From Anolis carolinensis (lineage: Eukaryota), in NCBI RefSeq assembly GCF_035594765.1, contig NC_085846.1:27515190-27579189 (forward strand): a stretch of DNA of 64,000 bases, in the 5' to 3' direction. Below, in pieces: positions 10,493 through 25,159 of the stretch (position 1 is its first letter; every line of letters starts with the position of its first letter). The notes below the pieces were generated by a model, which was not told the DNA's origin, made no database searches, and saw nothing but the letters and a program-made list of their open reading frames with translations. The translations under genes and the position numbers were made by a program.

Positions 10493-13400
10493 TAATCATA
10501 GGAGGAGCCTGCAAGCATCCCTCCTTTCCCTCTTTTAGAAAGTCCATGGATGATTAAGGAAAGGGCTCGCTCAGGCTGTGGCTGGATCTACATTGTCCTA
10601 CATCCCAAAAATTGTCCACATGCTTGTGGATTTCAATGGCTTCTCTGTGTAGTCTGAGATATATAAACCTTATTTGCCTAGTTCCCAACAGACCTCACAA
10701 CCTCTGAGGATGCCTGACATAGATGTGGGTGAAACATCAGGAGATAATGCTTCTGGAACATGGCCATGCAGCTCGGAAAACTCACAGCAACCCAGTAATT
10801 CCCGCCATGAAAGCCTTCGACAACACCATATGCTTGAACTGGATTATACGAGTCTACACTGCCAGATAATCTGGGATAAACAGATAGTCTGGGATCAGAT
10901 CTTCTGATATAAGGCAGTGTAGATCCAGCCTGAGTTCAGTGAGAAGCAGAACAAAGCTGGGCTTTCCTTTCTCGTAATGGGGTGCATTTTGGATCACAGC
11001 ACCTTAACTTTCCCTGATGACAATATTGGCTCATTGATTCTGTGTAAGGTAGTCCAAAAAGTCACTTTTGAAAGCTCTGTTAATGGGTGCTGTCACCTGC
11101 CACAATGCCCTGAAGCTTTTTATACAGGCAAAGCAAGTTGGTCTCTCGTTAATAAAATTAATGGGCACAAATGTGGCATTAAAATGGGGGAAATGCCACT
11201 GGCAGAGGTGTTCCATCTCCTGGGACATTCTGTTTTTAAAGTCACTATTCTCAGGACAAGTTCACACGTACATCTTTGTGGTCAATTTCATTAGCACTGA
11301 GGTCATCTGTGTGAATTGCTTGTCCAAGGACACACTCAAAGAACAAAGATTTTATTATCCTTGATATCATACAATATAATGACACTTTTAATGGGGGCCG
11401 GACACAGATTCAGAAGGGAGTCACTATAACATACTGAGAGTTAGAGGATTATTCACACGTAAACCAGTCCTTAGATTCAGAAGACTATGAAAAGTGATGG
11501 ACTGATTAAGGAAGCTCACATTCAATTCCTGAAAAGTTTTTCTTAAACTGGTTCTGCTGCATAATCCAAAGCATGTTTCTTTAAAAGTAAGTTTAGTATG
11601 ATAGTCTTGAAACCTATTTACGTCTGGAGAGCCTTGCCAGTTCAAATCCGCAAGATGGGATGAGCTCCCGTCTGTCAGCTCTAGCTTGCAGGGACATGAG
11701 AGAAGCCTCCCAGCAGGATGGTAACACATCCAGGCATCCCCTGGGCAACATCTCTGTAGATGGCCAATTCTCTCACACCAGAAGCGACTTGCAGTATGTT
11801 CTCAAGTTGCTTCTGACACGATTTAAAAAATAAAAATATGGAAAGCCAGCATGATATAGCAGTTTTACCACTGGATAACAACCCTGAATGAAGACCAGGA
11901 TTCAAATCCCTGCTTGACTATAGAAGGGCAATGGATTTTTTATACTGTGTCAGAAGCGATTTGAGAACATACTGAAAGTCACTTCTGGTGTGAGAGAATT
12001 GGCTGTCTACAAAGACGTTGCCCAGGAGATGCCCGGATATGTTACCATCCCGGTGGGATGCTTCTCTCATGTTTCCGCAAGCTAGAGCTGACAGATGGGA
12101 GCTCTCCCCATCTCGCGGATTCAAACCGGCAACCTTCAGGTCAGCAACCCAACCTTTAGGTCAGCAGTCCAGCTGGCACAAGGGTTTCAGGCATTGCACC
12201 ATTAGATGATCTTAGGCAAATCACATGCTCTCAGCCTCAAAAGAAGGCAATGGGGGAAAAAAACATTTGAGGAAACCCTGCTAAGGAAACCCTATAATAG
12301 GTTTGCCTTAGGTTTGCCATAAATCAGAAATGACTTGGAAGATACATGACAACAACAAATATAGTTCGTGAGGTTTACTTCCTTGTAAATATGCCTATCA
12401 TTACCTCTTTAGCCAATTGTCATTTTTTTCCTTGTCTAGCTGATATGATCTTGGGAAGTGAGCTGAAATCCACAAAAAAGCATGTCATATAAAACTTGTT
12501 AGTTTTTAAAATGTCACAAGGATGGTTGCTGGTGTTTCTACCTTAAGGCTTGTTAATGAGGGTTAAAAAATATCATACACGCAGCCCATCAAGCTCTATC
12601 GGAAAAGTTGGGTGGGGATAAAGGAAATGGTTAATAACTGGCAACTAGAGCATGCAGTCCCTAAGCTGAAATTTGCTAAGGGTTGGTTTGTGTGTGCCAA
12701 TCATCCCCTGGTGACTACAACCTCAAGGGATGAATATATACCTATAAAGGTGTACAGGTTACATACATTCCAGACCAAATCTTCACAGTGTTCAAAGTAA
12801 TCTCGGATGGATAAATAAAAGGCATTAGTAGACATAGGAAATCTCCTAAAATCATTTTTGACCGATAGCTTTATTAGGCCAACCAATAGGAAAGATTTGG
12901 ACCTGGTTACAAGAAGTCCAAATTCCTTTGTCAGGCAAAATACTACCAATGAACAGGAGAAATAGGGGCATCTTACATTTTTGTCTGCCAAAAATCAAAT
13001 GACAACATGTCAAGTGATGAACAAACACAGCTTTTTTTTTTTTCGTATCAGGAGCAACTTGAGAAACTGCAAGTCGCTTCTGGTGTGAGAGAATTGGCCG
13101 TCTGCAAGGACATTGCCCAGGGGATGCCTAGATGTTTGATGTTTTTTACCATCCTTGTGGGATGCTTCTCTCATGTCCCCACATGGGGAGCTGGAGCTGA
13201 CAGAGGGAGCTCATCCGCGCTCTCCTCGGATTCGAACTGGCAACCTTCAGGTCAGCAACCCAACCTTCAAGTTAGCAGTCCTGCCGGCACAAGGGTTTTA
13301 CCTCATTGCAACACCGGCACAGGTGAATTGGTCCTTGTAAATCAGATGCTGTGCCATGAATATAGAAAGCCCTCCACATTTGCAGTTTTGACTTTTGTGG

Positions 13401-14199
13401 ATTTGATGATTTGATTTGAATTGTTCTCTCTAGCAATTTCTAGGTCTTCCAGTGTGACTCCATGGTCAACTTCTTCCAGTTACGCTAGAAATTTCTAAAG
13501 AGGAAACTTCCCTAGGAACCTCTGGGTCTTCCATTGCGATTCTATGGCCAGCTTGCAATAGAGATTGACTGTAGAGTTATGCCGGAAGACCGAGAATTTC
13601 CTAAAGAGGTGTTTTTGTGAATAAAAAAATTAGCAATTTCTTAATTTGTGTGTTTTTTTTTTAACTTACATAGTGGTCCTATGCCCTAACCCAAGTGAAT
13701 GTGGACTATATTTTGTCATGATAGTTTTCTCTCACTGCAAAATGTCATTATCTTTATTTGGCCTTTACACCTTCATGCCTTAGGCAACACGTAAGATGTT
13801 TTACACCCTATTTATCAGGATGCAATCTTTGTCATTCTAGTCTTTTACATTTTAACTTGGTTAACCTGGTCAGCATTCCAGCATACCGCATGAATGTGTG
13901 TGCAAATGCATAATATATGTTGCCTATGGCTTTCTGAGTCAGCACAAAACACCTGAGGAAGTAGGGTGTATCTCGGAAAGGTCTTGCCACAACAAACAAA
14001 TACCTACAGTAACCTAGGAGTCATGTGCTGGGGTTGCCTGGGCTTTTTCTCTGCAACTTTTTGCTTTCCTGGAATTTCACCTGCTTCAAATCTACACCCT
14101 CAGATGCTCCCCTCTTCTCCTCTTTGATGGGGTTGAACTGGAGCACCTCTCCGCAGGAAAATGCTTAGTTTTCTTTTGTCATGAATATTCAGATCTCTC

Positions 14200-14545
14200 T
14201 CAGCTCGGCCTCTATTTGCTCCTGTTTACTTTAGACAGGAGTGGCCCCGTCTCCAGTTAACCTTGACATACAGAGAGAAAGAAAGAGAGAGAGAGAGGGA
14301 GGGAGGGAGACACACAGAGAGAAAGGTGCAGCAGGAACAGGTATGTGGCACCTCGACACACCTGTGATGTGAAAACCGCTTTGCTACCGGTTACAGGAGA
14401 GGAACCTGCTCATTTTGCCACAGAGATCTACCCCATCGTCCGGTTTCCATCCCACCTGTTCTTCATGTTGGTCTTTGCCCACAACGGCTGAACATACAAT
14501 CCGGTGGTGGAACAAAGTTTAGAAGCCCCAGGGAACAGGTATGTT
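14200..14545 (+). promoter_or_regulatory. Candidate PRR15L promoter / non-coding first exon
   Basis: TE-free stretch with FOX site TGTTTAC (14223), GRHL-like TACCGGTT (14385), CACCTG E-boxes (14359, 14453), a GA-repeat, and two CAG|GTATGT donors (after 14340 and 14538). Confidence 0.5.
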
Positions 14546-15062
14546 GGTAAAAGCACTCTTGCGGCAACCGGGAAGGGGTGTCAGGAGGGAAACTTGAACC
14601 ACTGCCTGGAGTCTTGTGCCTCAGTACCACCACGGCAAATGTTTTATTGATCAGTCCAACAGATGGAAAGCCTGAAACCAATGTATTGGAGTGGGCAGAG
14701 TTAAGTATCGAGCTGTGTAAGATCAGAGCTTCAGAAAGTGGCTTGGTGGATTACCACCCCTCAGGTGTTGAGCTACCTGGTCTAATATTTAAGCTGGTTA
14801 GGAATGCTAGTACAAAAAATGTACTAATCCAAAGTCTGGAAGAGACTGTTTCTCATTTTTTCTGGATTTGGAATGGCACTATGTTGGTTTGGACAGGATG
14901 TATCTTCTCAGCATAATCTGATTTACTGCCTTGCTGTGAGGATTCAGGTAAGGACAGCCGGCAAGATATGTTTGAGACAGGATGGAAAATGAGAATGTGT
15001 GAGAAGCAACTAAATTGTTAATAGTGTTTTTCCTGTACTGTAGAATCAGATTAATGAAGGTA

Positions 15063-15385
15063 CAATAGAGTCTCACTTATCCAACACTCGCTTATCCAAC
15101 ATTCTGGATTATCCAACACATTTTTGTAGTCAATGTTTTCAATATATCATGATATTTTGGTGCTAAATTCATAAATACAGTAATTACTACATAGCATTAC
15201 TGCATATTGAACTACTTTTTCTGCCAAATTTGTTGTCTAACATGATGTTTTGGTGCTTCATTTGTAAAATCATAACCTTATTTGATGTTTAATAGGCTTT
15301 TCCTTAATGCCTCCTTATTATCCAACATATGCGCTTATCCAACATTCTGCCGGCCCGTTTATGTTGGATAAGTGAGACTCTACTG
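15063..15385. mobile_element. Tc1/mariner-type MITE
   Basis: TIR CA(A/G)TAGAGTCTCACTTATCCAACA and its reverse complement, flanked by TA dinucleotides. Confidence 0.9.
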
Positions 15386-18300
15386 TATATCTTTCTAATC
15401 CTGAGTTCCTCATATGCGTGAAGTAGAGCTATTTGAATCCACAGGTTTATCCCATGTGTCCATGCTTTATGCATCACGTACACTTAAAATGCTCTAAATA
15501 AAATCACGGTGGTAAGGCTCTTCAGGAACAATTCCTACAATATGCATTTAAAGTTGCCAGTTTTGCCTGGTCCACATATTAAAAGTATAGCTGCTGGTCA
15601 TTTATTGTACAGAATACAGATATCTTTTCCTTACTAGGATACTTTTGTGGCAACTGTTCCCCAACTGTTCACAATGCGATCTTTTGAACAGAGAAAAATG
15701 CCATTTTCTCCATGTCTATGATGATTACTTGATTGCCATAATCCCCTTTTAGAATGGCAGAAAGTTCCGCAAAGCTGAAAAATTTACTTTTCTGGACAAC
15801 CCATCCTTGAACATATTGGTCATACTGGCTGGGAAATTCATAGAATCACAGAGCTGGAAGAGATCTCGTAGGCCATCCAGTCCAACCCACTGCCAAGAAG
15901 CAATTCCGGGAACTGTAGTCCAAATAAACAACTTTCCCAAACCATTTTTGCTTAGGAGGCTCCAATATGCTGCTCTGATCTTCTTAAAAGAATTGTGGGA
16001 TATTTGCAATATATAAATGTTGGGTTAGAGAACTGGTGTTTTGAGTGCTGGACTAGACCGTCAAGAGACCAGGGTTCAAACCTCCTGGATGACCTTGGGC
16101 AAGTCACTCTTTCTCAGCCTTTGAGGAAGGCAATGGCAAATCTCCTCCGAATAAGTCTGAAGAATACCGACAGCTGCAATTGAACATTATCTGATGAGTT
16201 GCTATATGATTCACCCCTTGTCTATACTGAACAGTTTACCCCGTTTGAAAATGATATAATCATCATAGTCTCTAACTTAGGAACATTAGATGTGGTGTTT
16301 CCATGAAGGGACTATAGCAGCATGCCCAAACAGATACCTCCAGATATGGTAGATCATCACTCTCATCATTCCCATCCATCACTGGTTAGAGCCAATGGGA
16401 GTTGGGGAAAGAAAGACTGGAGTATCTAGCTGACGAATTAATGGAAGATTACTAAAAATGTGAATTCCATCCCACCTAGGGGAATAAGGGAGCTGAGATA
16501 GATAAACTCATTCCAGCCATCTCAGGGTCACATTGATACCTATAGTGTAGCTAGGCAAAGAGGGAAATCTCTATTAGTAGAGAGCTGGGAAGGAGATTGA
16601 TGTCTGGCTGACCACTCTTGTCTTTGTCGGAATGATTTGCCAATTAATTCAAGTGTTTCACTCGTAGAGATAGCTTAGAAGAGTTACTTTTGGTGACTAT
16701 ACCTTCCACAATCCTCCAACCAGCAAGGGAAGCGAGTTTCGTATATCGAGGATTCTGAGAATTATAGTTTTTAGAAGACAATATTTCTAAATAAGGAGGA
16801 GGAAGGGTTTGGTCTTCAAGTTGTCTGTTCAGTGTGAACATCCAAATAAGCACACCCAGGAAGCAACCATAAAGTCAATCTGGTTACTATAGGGAGAGGT
16901 ATTGATTTTCTATTTAAATCATTGTAACCATTTCTAAATTTGCATGCATACATATAAAGTAGCACATGCAAATTCTTTGGAAACCTGCATCCTCTTTTGT
17001 GGTGTGGCCACTGTCATCCTCATCCCTCCAGGAAGGGTTACCATGGGGAGGGAGATCCTAGTAGCTTCTGTCTAGAGACAGGATATCCAGTTTGTAAACA
17101 CCTGCAGTATCCCTGAAAGATGCCCTTTGAACCTTTTCTCATCTGAAAAAGAAATTTCCCCAACTTTCCTTAATTGCTTGTTTTCGTACAGCTTGCTATT
17201 TGTTCCTACAAACAGACAGTACATACTTTTGAGGAAGGAGAATTCTATGAAATGATTGGGAAACCAATCCTAATACTTTTCAGGGAAAATTCAGTGATTT
17301 TTTGAAAACCTAGATCACTATTGGTGGATGAGTTTACCCCAAAGACAGCTGCCCTTCTGTGTTGCATTTCCTCTTGGTTGTGGAGCAATAATGGGGAGTA
17401 GAGCCTTATAAGGGACCCTTTCACACTATTTCACAACTATACCATTATTATCCCACTTTAACTGCCACCTACCTCTGTGTCCTCTCGACTCCTGACGCTT
17501 ATAGTTTGGGAAAGCACTAAAGCTATGTGTTAGAGAACTCCTTCTTAAACTGTAGACATCAAGGTCTGCATGTGTCCCAGCCAGTTTACCAGCTGTTAGA
17601 ATTTCTGGGAGTTGAAGGCCAAAACATCTGGGGACCCACAGGTTGAAAACCACTGCTTTAGGTGGTCACCATGGCACTTAAAGTGGAATCAGAATGTGAT
17701 AATTGTATAACGTGAAAAGGCTCCTGAGTCCTGATTTTTTTGGACTCTATGCCCATTATTTGGATTCTTCCATTTTTTTCATGTCAGAAGCGACTTGAGA
17801 AACTGCAAGTCACTTCTGGTATGAGAGAATTGGCCGTCTGCAAGGATGTTGCCCAGGGGACGCCCGGATGTTTTACCATAATGTGGGAGACTTCTCTCAT
17901 GGGAAGCTGGAGCTGACAGATAGGAACTCACCCCTCTCCCCAGATTCGAACTGCCAACCTTTTGGTCAGCAGTCCTGCCAGCACAAGGGTTTAACCCATA
18001 GTACCACCAGGGGCTCCATTCTTCCAAATGATGGGCATTATTAATCTGTTATTTGGATTATTTTATCCCCTAGAATAGATCCTCAAATATTTTGCAGTTC
18101 CATTAGAGTTTGACGTAGGGCACACTAATCTTTGTCAGTCAAGCTACTCAGTGTAGAAAAGGAGTCTTAGACACTAAAACCTTGAAAACCACTGTCCTGA
18201 TCCAATACTTTAAGCATAAAGCAAGCATGAAGAACATCCAGTGACCATATAGTGCCTCCTCCAGACGTCAGAGTTGCACCTACTCCTCCCTGACACCCCA

Positions 18301-19403
18301 CCCCAAAATTTAGAATGCTGTTGACTTTTAAAAGCCACATGCACCCTTAGGCAAGGTCACCACCTTGGCGATGGACATTTGCCACAATTTTGTACCTAGA
18401 CTTGTTTCAGGTCCAGGAAAGTTTAGTTCTTGCTTTGAGACATGTCCTGTGTTGGGTCAACAACAACTTTTGGCACTTAGAAAAGCATCATCATCAACTG
18501 CAGACTACTTTAGCATCTTAAACTCAGTTTAAAGCAATTGAAGAAAGCTGAGAACAAAGTGGGGATTTGAGGAGGTAATAGAAACCGAGATATTTTAAAA
18601 TAGCTGGAGAAGTAGGACAATCAGGAATTGGGATTGTTTTTACCAATTTTGGACAGTTTTCAGAATAAATTCTCACAGAGCTACTGCCACTTCCTATTTT
18701 TGATGTGAGCCTTTTCAGGTTAAGTTTAACTTGGACAAGGTTAAAAACTACTGGTCTCACAGTAGGGAACATAAATTAAGGAGACTAGAAAGATCCTAAA
18801 CTCATATTTCCCTGGATGCCCCATATGTTACATCATCTTAAATGTAACACAGACCTAAAAGTGGCTTGTCCTACGTAGTGGACATAATGTGAACTACAAT
18901 AGTATTTCTAAGCAGTCTATTAAAATACGAAAGGGTAATAATCCTTTGACGTAGCCACTTACTTACACATTACCCGAAAAAGAGGAAGAAAGAGTGCTGA
19001 GATTTGCACAATATTGGGATATGCTACCATATACATAGAATTAATTCCTACCATGTAAAATTGTAAAGAAAAAAATTACCTCTCTGTAGCAAGGAAGGTT
19101 GATTAGGGGTGCATCTACACTGTAGCATTAATGCAATTTGATACCACTTTATCTGCCATGGTTCAGTGCAATGGAATCATGGAAGTTATAGTTTTACAAG
19201 CTCTACCAAAGCATGCTAGTGCATCACTAAACTTTAACTCCCATGATTCCATAGCATTGAGCCATGGCTGTTAAACTGGTGTCAAACTACATTAACTTTA
19301 CTGTGTATGCACCTGATTTATCTGTTATCCAGGTGCTTCCTGTGGATGGGCAGCTTCAGTTACCTGCACTCCCTCCTTTTGATTTTATTTCTCCTTAAAG
19401 AGG

Positions 19404-19503
19404 GCTTTGGCTGGCTAGTGTTTAAAACAGAGGGTACCTCCAGGAAGACAATAGCTTTGGCTGGCTAGTGTTTAAAACAGAGGGTACCTCCAGGAAGACA
19501 ATA
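19404..19503. repeat. Perfect 50-bp tandem duplication
   Basis: gctttggctggctagtgtttaaaacagagggtacctccaggaagacaata x2. Confidence 0.95.
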
Positions 19504-20861
19504 AAGCAGGATGTGTTATCTTGAAGGTTGTCCATCTTGAATAATTTCTTAACTACTTCCATAGTTGGTGCCTTGGCATTGGCAAGAGGTGCATGCATGC
19601 ACACACAGAAACACATGCATACACTTCCTCTTATAGACATGCTTCTCTGTTTGCTTACAAACAGATTAAAAGTAAGAGCATGACGACGCCTTGAGCAAAT
19701 ACCTTCTGAGGCTCTGATAGAAGCCGCTTCAACCCAAGTCAGAAGTTGGCTTTGGACCAAGAAACCTCACGGTGATTTCTGAGATAAGACTTACCTCACT
19801 CCTGTGGCAAGGTCAAGTATTGCGGCCTATCACAAAGAGCATCGAAAAGTCTGTGGGTTTGGTTATTTGAAACTACAATTCCCAGAATCTCTCAGCTATC
19901 TGGAAGAGAAAAAAAGAATCACAATTTCTTTGCTCTGGACTCATAGTCAACTCTGGTACTGGCACAGTTATACTGCCAGTCAATCTAGATTTTTAAAATC
20001 ATGTCAGAAGCGACTTGAGAACACACTGAAAGTCGTTTCTTGTGAGAGAGAATTGTCCTTCTACCGAGACATTGCCCAGGGGATGCCTGGATGTGTTACT
20101 ATCCTGCTGGGAGACCTCTCAAGTCCCTGCAAGCTAGAACTGACAGACGGGAGCTCATCCTGTCTTGTCTCGCAGATTCGAACTGCCAACCTTCAGGTCA
20201 GCAACCCAACCGTCAAGGCAGCAGTTCAGCTGGCACAAGGGTTTAACCCATTGCTTCACTGCTTCTTAATCCAGAAATAGGGTTTAGGGACACACTCTCC
20301 TGTCAGTAGGAATGTCAATATGTACTTTCCAAAACAAAATATTTGTATTGGGGTTGGGAATATTGGGCTTCATGTTATTGTTTTGTAAAATTAAAACTGT
20401 CATGTGGACAATTTTAATGTGTTTCCCCTTCACCAGCTACAATAGAAGTGAAGTTGTGCTATGGGTATTGAAAGTAGTCATCTAAGATCTACTTGAAGGA
20501 CTACTTTCAACAATAATTGTGTGAATGTGTAGCCCCATAATCTTGGGCAGTTGCCTGTTCTGACTGATGAATTTCAAGTTTTCATGCACCAAAATTGTAA
20601 GGTTGTTCAGCTGACTTGTGTACAGTTTCTCAGTAATAACTCACTAGCGTGACCACATATTCTTACTTGGCCACATGTATGTTAGTTTTCCTCTGTGACA
20701 TGTTGGAAAGTATGAAATTGGGTTTGGGAATGGTAAGCATGAAATTCAGAATCTAGACCCACTAGATGAAGAGGAAAGAGTGAATCCAATTCATAAGATG
20801 CTAGCAATAACAGATTTGGTCTTCCTTCTCTCCAGGGCTGACAAGTCCTTCTCTGTTCACC

Positions 20862-21185
20862 ATGGCAGAAAACAATTATAGCTGGTGGAAGTTGACTTTT
20901 CTCCGGAAGAAGAAATCCACTCCCAAGGTGCTGTATGAAAGCCCTGACATCTATCCTGTTGCTAATAATGAAAACCAACAAGAAGGGATGCGAGCAGATG
21001 GTGGCAGCGACGCAAACAGTCAGCAGGAATTCAATGCCCGGCTGGAGAAGATTGTGGACAAAAGCACCAAAGGCAAACACGTCAAGGTCTCCAATTCCGG
21101 GCGCTTCAAGGAAAAGAAGAAAGTCAGGGCCACGTTGTCGGAAAACCCCAACTTTTTTGCTGGCAATGACCGGGATGAGAAATGA
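20862..21185 (+). CDS. PRR15L: Proline-rich protein 15-like (ATAD4), 107 aa, single coding exon
   Basis: [19 protein letters not shown]...[36 protein letters not shown] signature; good Kozak context (cACCATGG); acceptor cttccttctctccag ends at 20835; synteny with PNPO and SP2. Confidence 0.96.
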   Translation: MAENNYSWWKLTFLRKKKSTPKVLYESPDIYPVANNENQQEGMRADGGSDANSQQEFNARLEKIVDKSTKGKHVKVSNSGRFKEKKKVRATLSENPNFFAGNDRDEK

Positions 21186-24100
21186 TGGGCGAATGAAGGA
21201 GGTGCCCATTCATTACCCTTGGTGGTTATTTGGAGACGCTTCTCTGACCCTGAGAAGCCGACTGTGAATCAATTCCATTACATTTGCAAATGAAGTTAAC
21301 GAGAGGCCTGTCTGGGGCTCCAGGATTAGGTCCCGATTTTCACATGAAGAGTGGAGGTTCAGAGGGAAATGAACTTTATTATTGTTATTGTTCTTTACTT
21401 TTTTTAATTTAAGGAATAAAAAGAATATTTACATGAAATGCAAACCTGCTGCATAGTTAGCAGTGGAAAAATGAAAAGCGGAATGCGTGAGAGGACATTT
21501 GCAGAACTGCTTCATATTAACCCTGCCAGACCAGACAAGGTCACTCATCTTGGGTCGCAAATGCTGGGAAGTGGCACCAAGAGGGAGAAGGTGGTGTGCC
21601 ATTGAGCCACCTTTGTCCTACCTCTCCTATAAAATATTTTAATAAAGGTAGGCTATTAGTGCAACAGAAAGCTGGACTGAGACTATTTGCCACCTGAAGC
21701 AGAGCAGTGAGTGAAATGATCTCCCTTCCCTGCACCCCAAGTCAAATCAAGTTCCATAGTTCCAAAGCCAACCAAACCCATAGCCTCTGCCTGTCCCTAT
21801 TTGGCACAAATGGTGTCAATTAATCCTCTTTCACCACACTTTTTCAGATTATTTAAAAATGCTCATTTTTGCCTCCTCCTGCTCACATTTCTCCCCTTTG
21901 CCCGCAGCTTATTTCAATTGCTACAAACTGAGTCCAAAGTGAAAAACAAAACAATTTCCACTCAACTAATTCATCAGGATGAGAGGAGCAGGTGGAATCT
22001 AACATTTCCCTATAAGCTCTGAAAAAATTACGCAGCCTTTCCTAGCTTGTGTATTCTTCCTCATTTATAATATTTGCTATTTTGACCATACTCTGATCTG
22101 CTCGACAACAAGTGTCTTGGTTTTCATCTGCTAAATGTTGGAGGTCATGGATGATTAGATTCAGAGATTAACAGGGGTGTATATGGACTACATATTGTGT
22201 AACTAGCTACAAAGCAATCCATAACATCTGTATAATGCGCCCCGTATAACTCCGTTTATTATGATTACAACCAAGTTTGACTACAAAACTGGTTCTTTTG
22301 TTCCCTTCATTTGGGAAATTATATGCCTCTTGCCTTCCTTGGCCCCCTCAAAGGCTTTCATAAAGGGAATCAGGGTGTTGCTTGGAACAGGGCAGTAGAA
22401 TCAGGACCGAGATATTTTGCCATTTGAGGTGGAGCACTAAATGACATCCCCACTGCCCAATTCAAGGTCCATAGTTTCCAGAGCAAGTCATTTTGGCACA
22501 TGAGGATGAAGTACTCAAGTATTGGGGAGAAGTACAAGTACTTCTCCCCAATCCTGGCAATAAAAATACAATATGATAATAAGCAATACAGATAGGCAAC
22601 AATTTGATACCCTTTCATGACATCCATAATCTGCCTATTGGTGGGGTTGACTCATAAGTAACAACCCCGATGCTTTCCCTTAGGGTGGGATTTGTTCATG
22701 CTAGCCAAAATTGCTGTACTTCAGAGATGAGAAATTGTTTGTCTCTAGCGCAAATTGAACATTAAACCTCAAGGAGGAAGGATTTTCTCTGCCATGTGCC
22801 AGGGCTCACTAGTTTTGAATCTTCAGGGACCTCTTATTCTTAATACTGCATATTTTTGTGACACAGAGGATAGGATTAATTTTTTGGACAAGGACAGGAG
22901 TTTTGGTGGCAGGTAGATGTCCCTTCTATGTCCCTTCTAAGGAGAGCTAGACTAAAGTGAGACTGGGGATATATAGCCATCTTCTGGACTACAACTCCCA
23001 TTAAGTATCACCAATGACTCTATTGGCCAGGACTAATGGGAGTTGCACTTCAAAAGCGTCTGGAAGGTCATGCATTCTCCAAGCCTGGACTAGAGGATAT
23101 TTTGAGTCTGCATTTCTGGTTAAATCCTATTGAAATATATGAGCAGAAGGATTTTCAACTCTGTCCTGAGGTGCATGCCTAAAGCTTCACCCAAACTTGT
23201 GGCAAACTTTTGTATTAGTCCTGACTCTCATCTGTTAAAATGTAGGAAAGATCTGATAAAGCTGCTGTTTGTTTCACACACTGAATTCAAGGTTGTCCTT
23301 TTCTCACATTCAGTTCAGTCACCTCCAAGCCAATTCCAGCCAACTCAGCCTGGCAAGCCAAGTGAACTTTCACTGCAAAGAATTGTATTAATAACTCAAC
23401 CATGTGCTTGTAAAAAAGCTGCAGTTTTGCTGTACTTTGCACTCCTGTTTTCCTAAGCCTTGTAGCTATTTACATTTCTAATGTCCCAACTGTTGTTCCA
23501 TATGGTCCAGTTACCAAAAGGAAGGAAAAAACAAAAACAAAACATAAATAGCCAGTGTGGTGTAATGCTTTGAGGGTTGGGCCAGAACTCTGGTGACCTG
23601 GGTTTGAATCCGCACTTGACCATGGCTACTCATTGGGTGACCTTGGGCAAGTCACACTCTCAGAGGAAGGTAAAGGCAATGACAAACCTCTTCTCAACAA
23701 ATATTTCCACAAAAACCCTGTGATGGACGCTTCTTAGGGTCATCATGAGTCAGAAACAACTTAAAGTCGCATAACAATGTATGTGTGCATATGAATATGT
23801 GTGTCTATGGATATGATTGCTCACCTCACCAGATGAATTATTGCAGTCTTAAGGGTTTACTGCCATCCTGACTAGATCTTAGAAAAAATATTTTGGATTA
23901 CACTGCCAACTCCCTTGCTGGATTTGAGATTCTGGGAATTGTGCTCCAACATCCCCTCCTTTCCTAAGCTCTCTTCATGGTCACAACTGACTCTTGCCCA
24001 ACAAGGGCCAAAAACCTGCGGCTTTCCTGATGTTGATAAATTCTGCTACACCAGAATGAATGTGTGAGAAACCGCATGTCACTTCTGGTGTGAGAGAATT

Positions 24101-25159
24101 GGCCAACTGCAAGGACGTTGCCCAGGGGACTCCTGGATGTTTGATGTTTTACCATCCAGTGGGAGGTTTCTCTCATGTCCCCGCACAGGGAGCTAGAGCT
24201 GACAGACAGGAGCTCACCCTGCTCCCCAGATTCAAACTTCCTACCTTTGGGTCAGCAGAACTGCCAGCACAAGGGTTTAACCCACTGCGCCACCAGAGGC
24301 TCAATAATGCATGACTGATGATCAAGGATGATGGGAGTTGAAATCTAAGAATATGTATAAGCCTCGCTCCACAGCCCTTTCTAGATTTGAGACAGAAAAA
24401 AATGAACAGCCTGATTGATAGGTTTGTCCCCACCCTTCCCCAGTTTAGCAAGGTTGCTGGGCTTTCTCCTGCCTGCTGCAAAACATTAAAAAGAATCATT
24501 ACTGTATACTGGAAGTCCCAAGGCTGGTTCATCCAGTGTAAATTTTTTCTGCAACTAGGTGTGGGGTGTCTCAAATTAGATCAAAGTCACAGAGGGAAGG
24601 GATGTATAATTCTGATCCCTGTAGAAGGGATGCAATCCAATGCCTTCAGGCCAGAGAGAGAAAAACTTACAGAAACAATATAGAGGCATGTATGATTGGG
24701 GTTATGGTGCCGAGGAAAGGGGATTGGCTCCCCTGCTGCTGTGTCATAGCCTTATCCAAATTGGAATTTGCTATAGATCCATTTTGAGGAAGAAAATTAT
24801 GTGAGAAGCAGATCTTAGCAAAGTTCTCCCACTAAAACATCTGGTTTTCTCTTAAATGGCACATACAACAGAGAAAGATCTCCAATTCATTGTACTTCCA
24901 ATACTTGCAACAAAGGTCTATTGATAACCCAACCATTCTGATGAGATGTATATAGATTAGGTGGTATAGATGAAACATAATTACATTTCTGTCTGTCAAC
25001 AACAATACAGTACAGATACATTTCTTTCTGTGTATATTTTAAATTAAGACTTCCTCCATACCCCTCCCAGTTGTGACTTTGACTATATATATATATTAAA
25101 GTGCTCTTACTGTATGGACAAAAAGTGTAATTCAAGTCAGAGTAATAAACTTTAACTAC

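Noticed and set aside
20682-21209. 175-aa minus-strand ORF and the +1-frame ORF 20935-21267
   Set aside because: Shadows of the PRR15L CDS; no independent signals.
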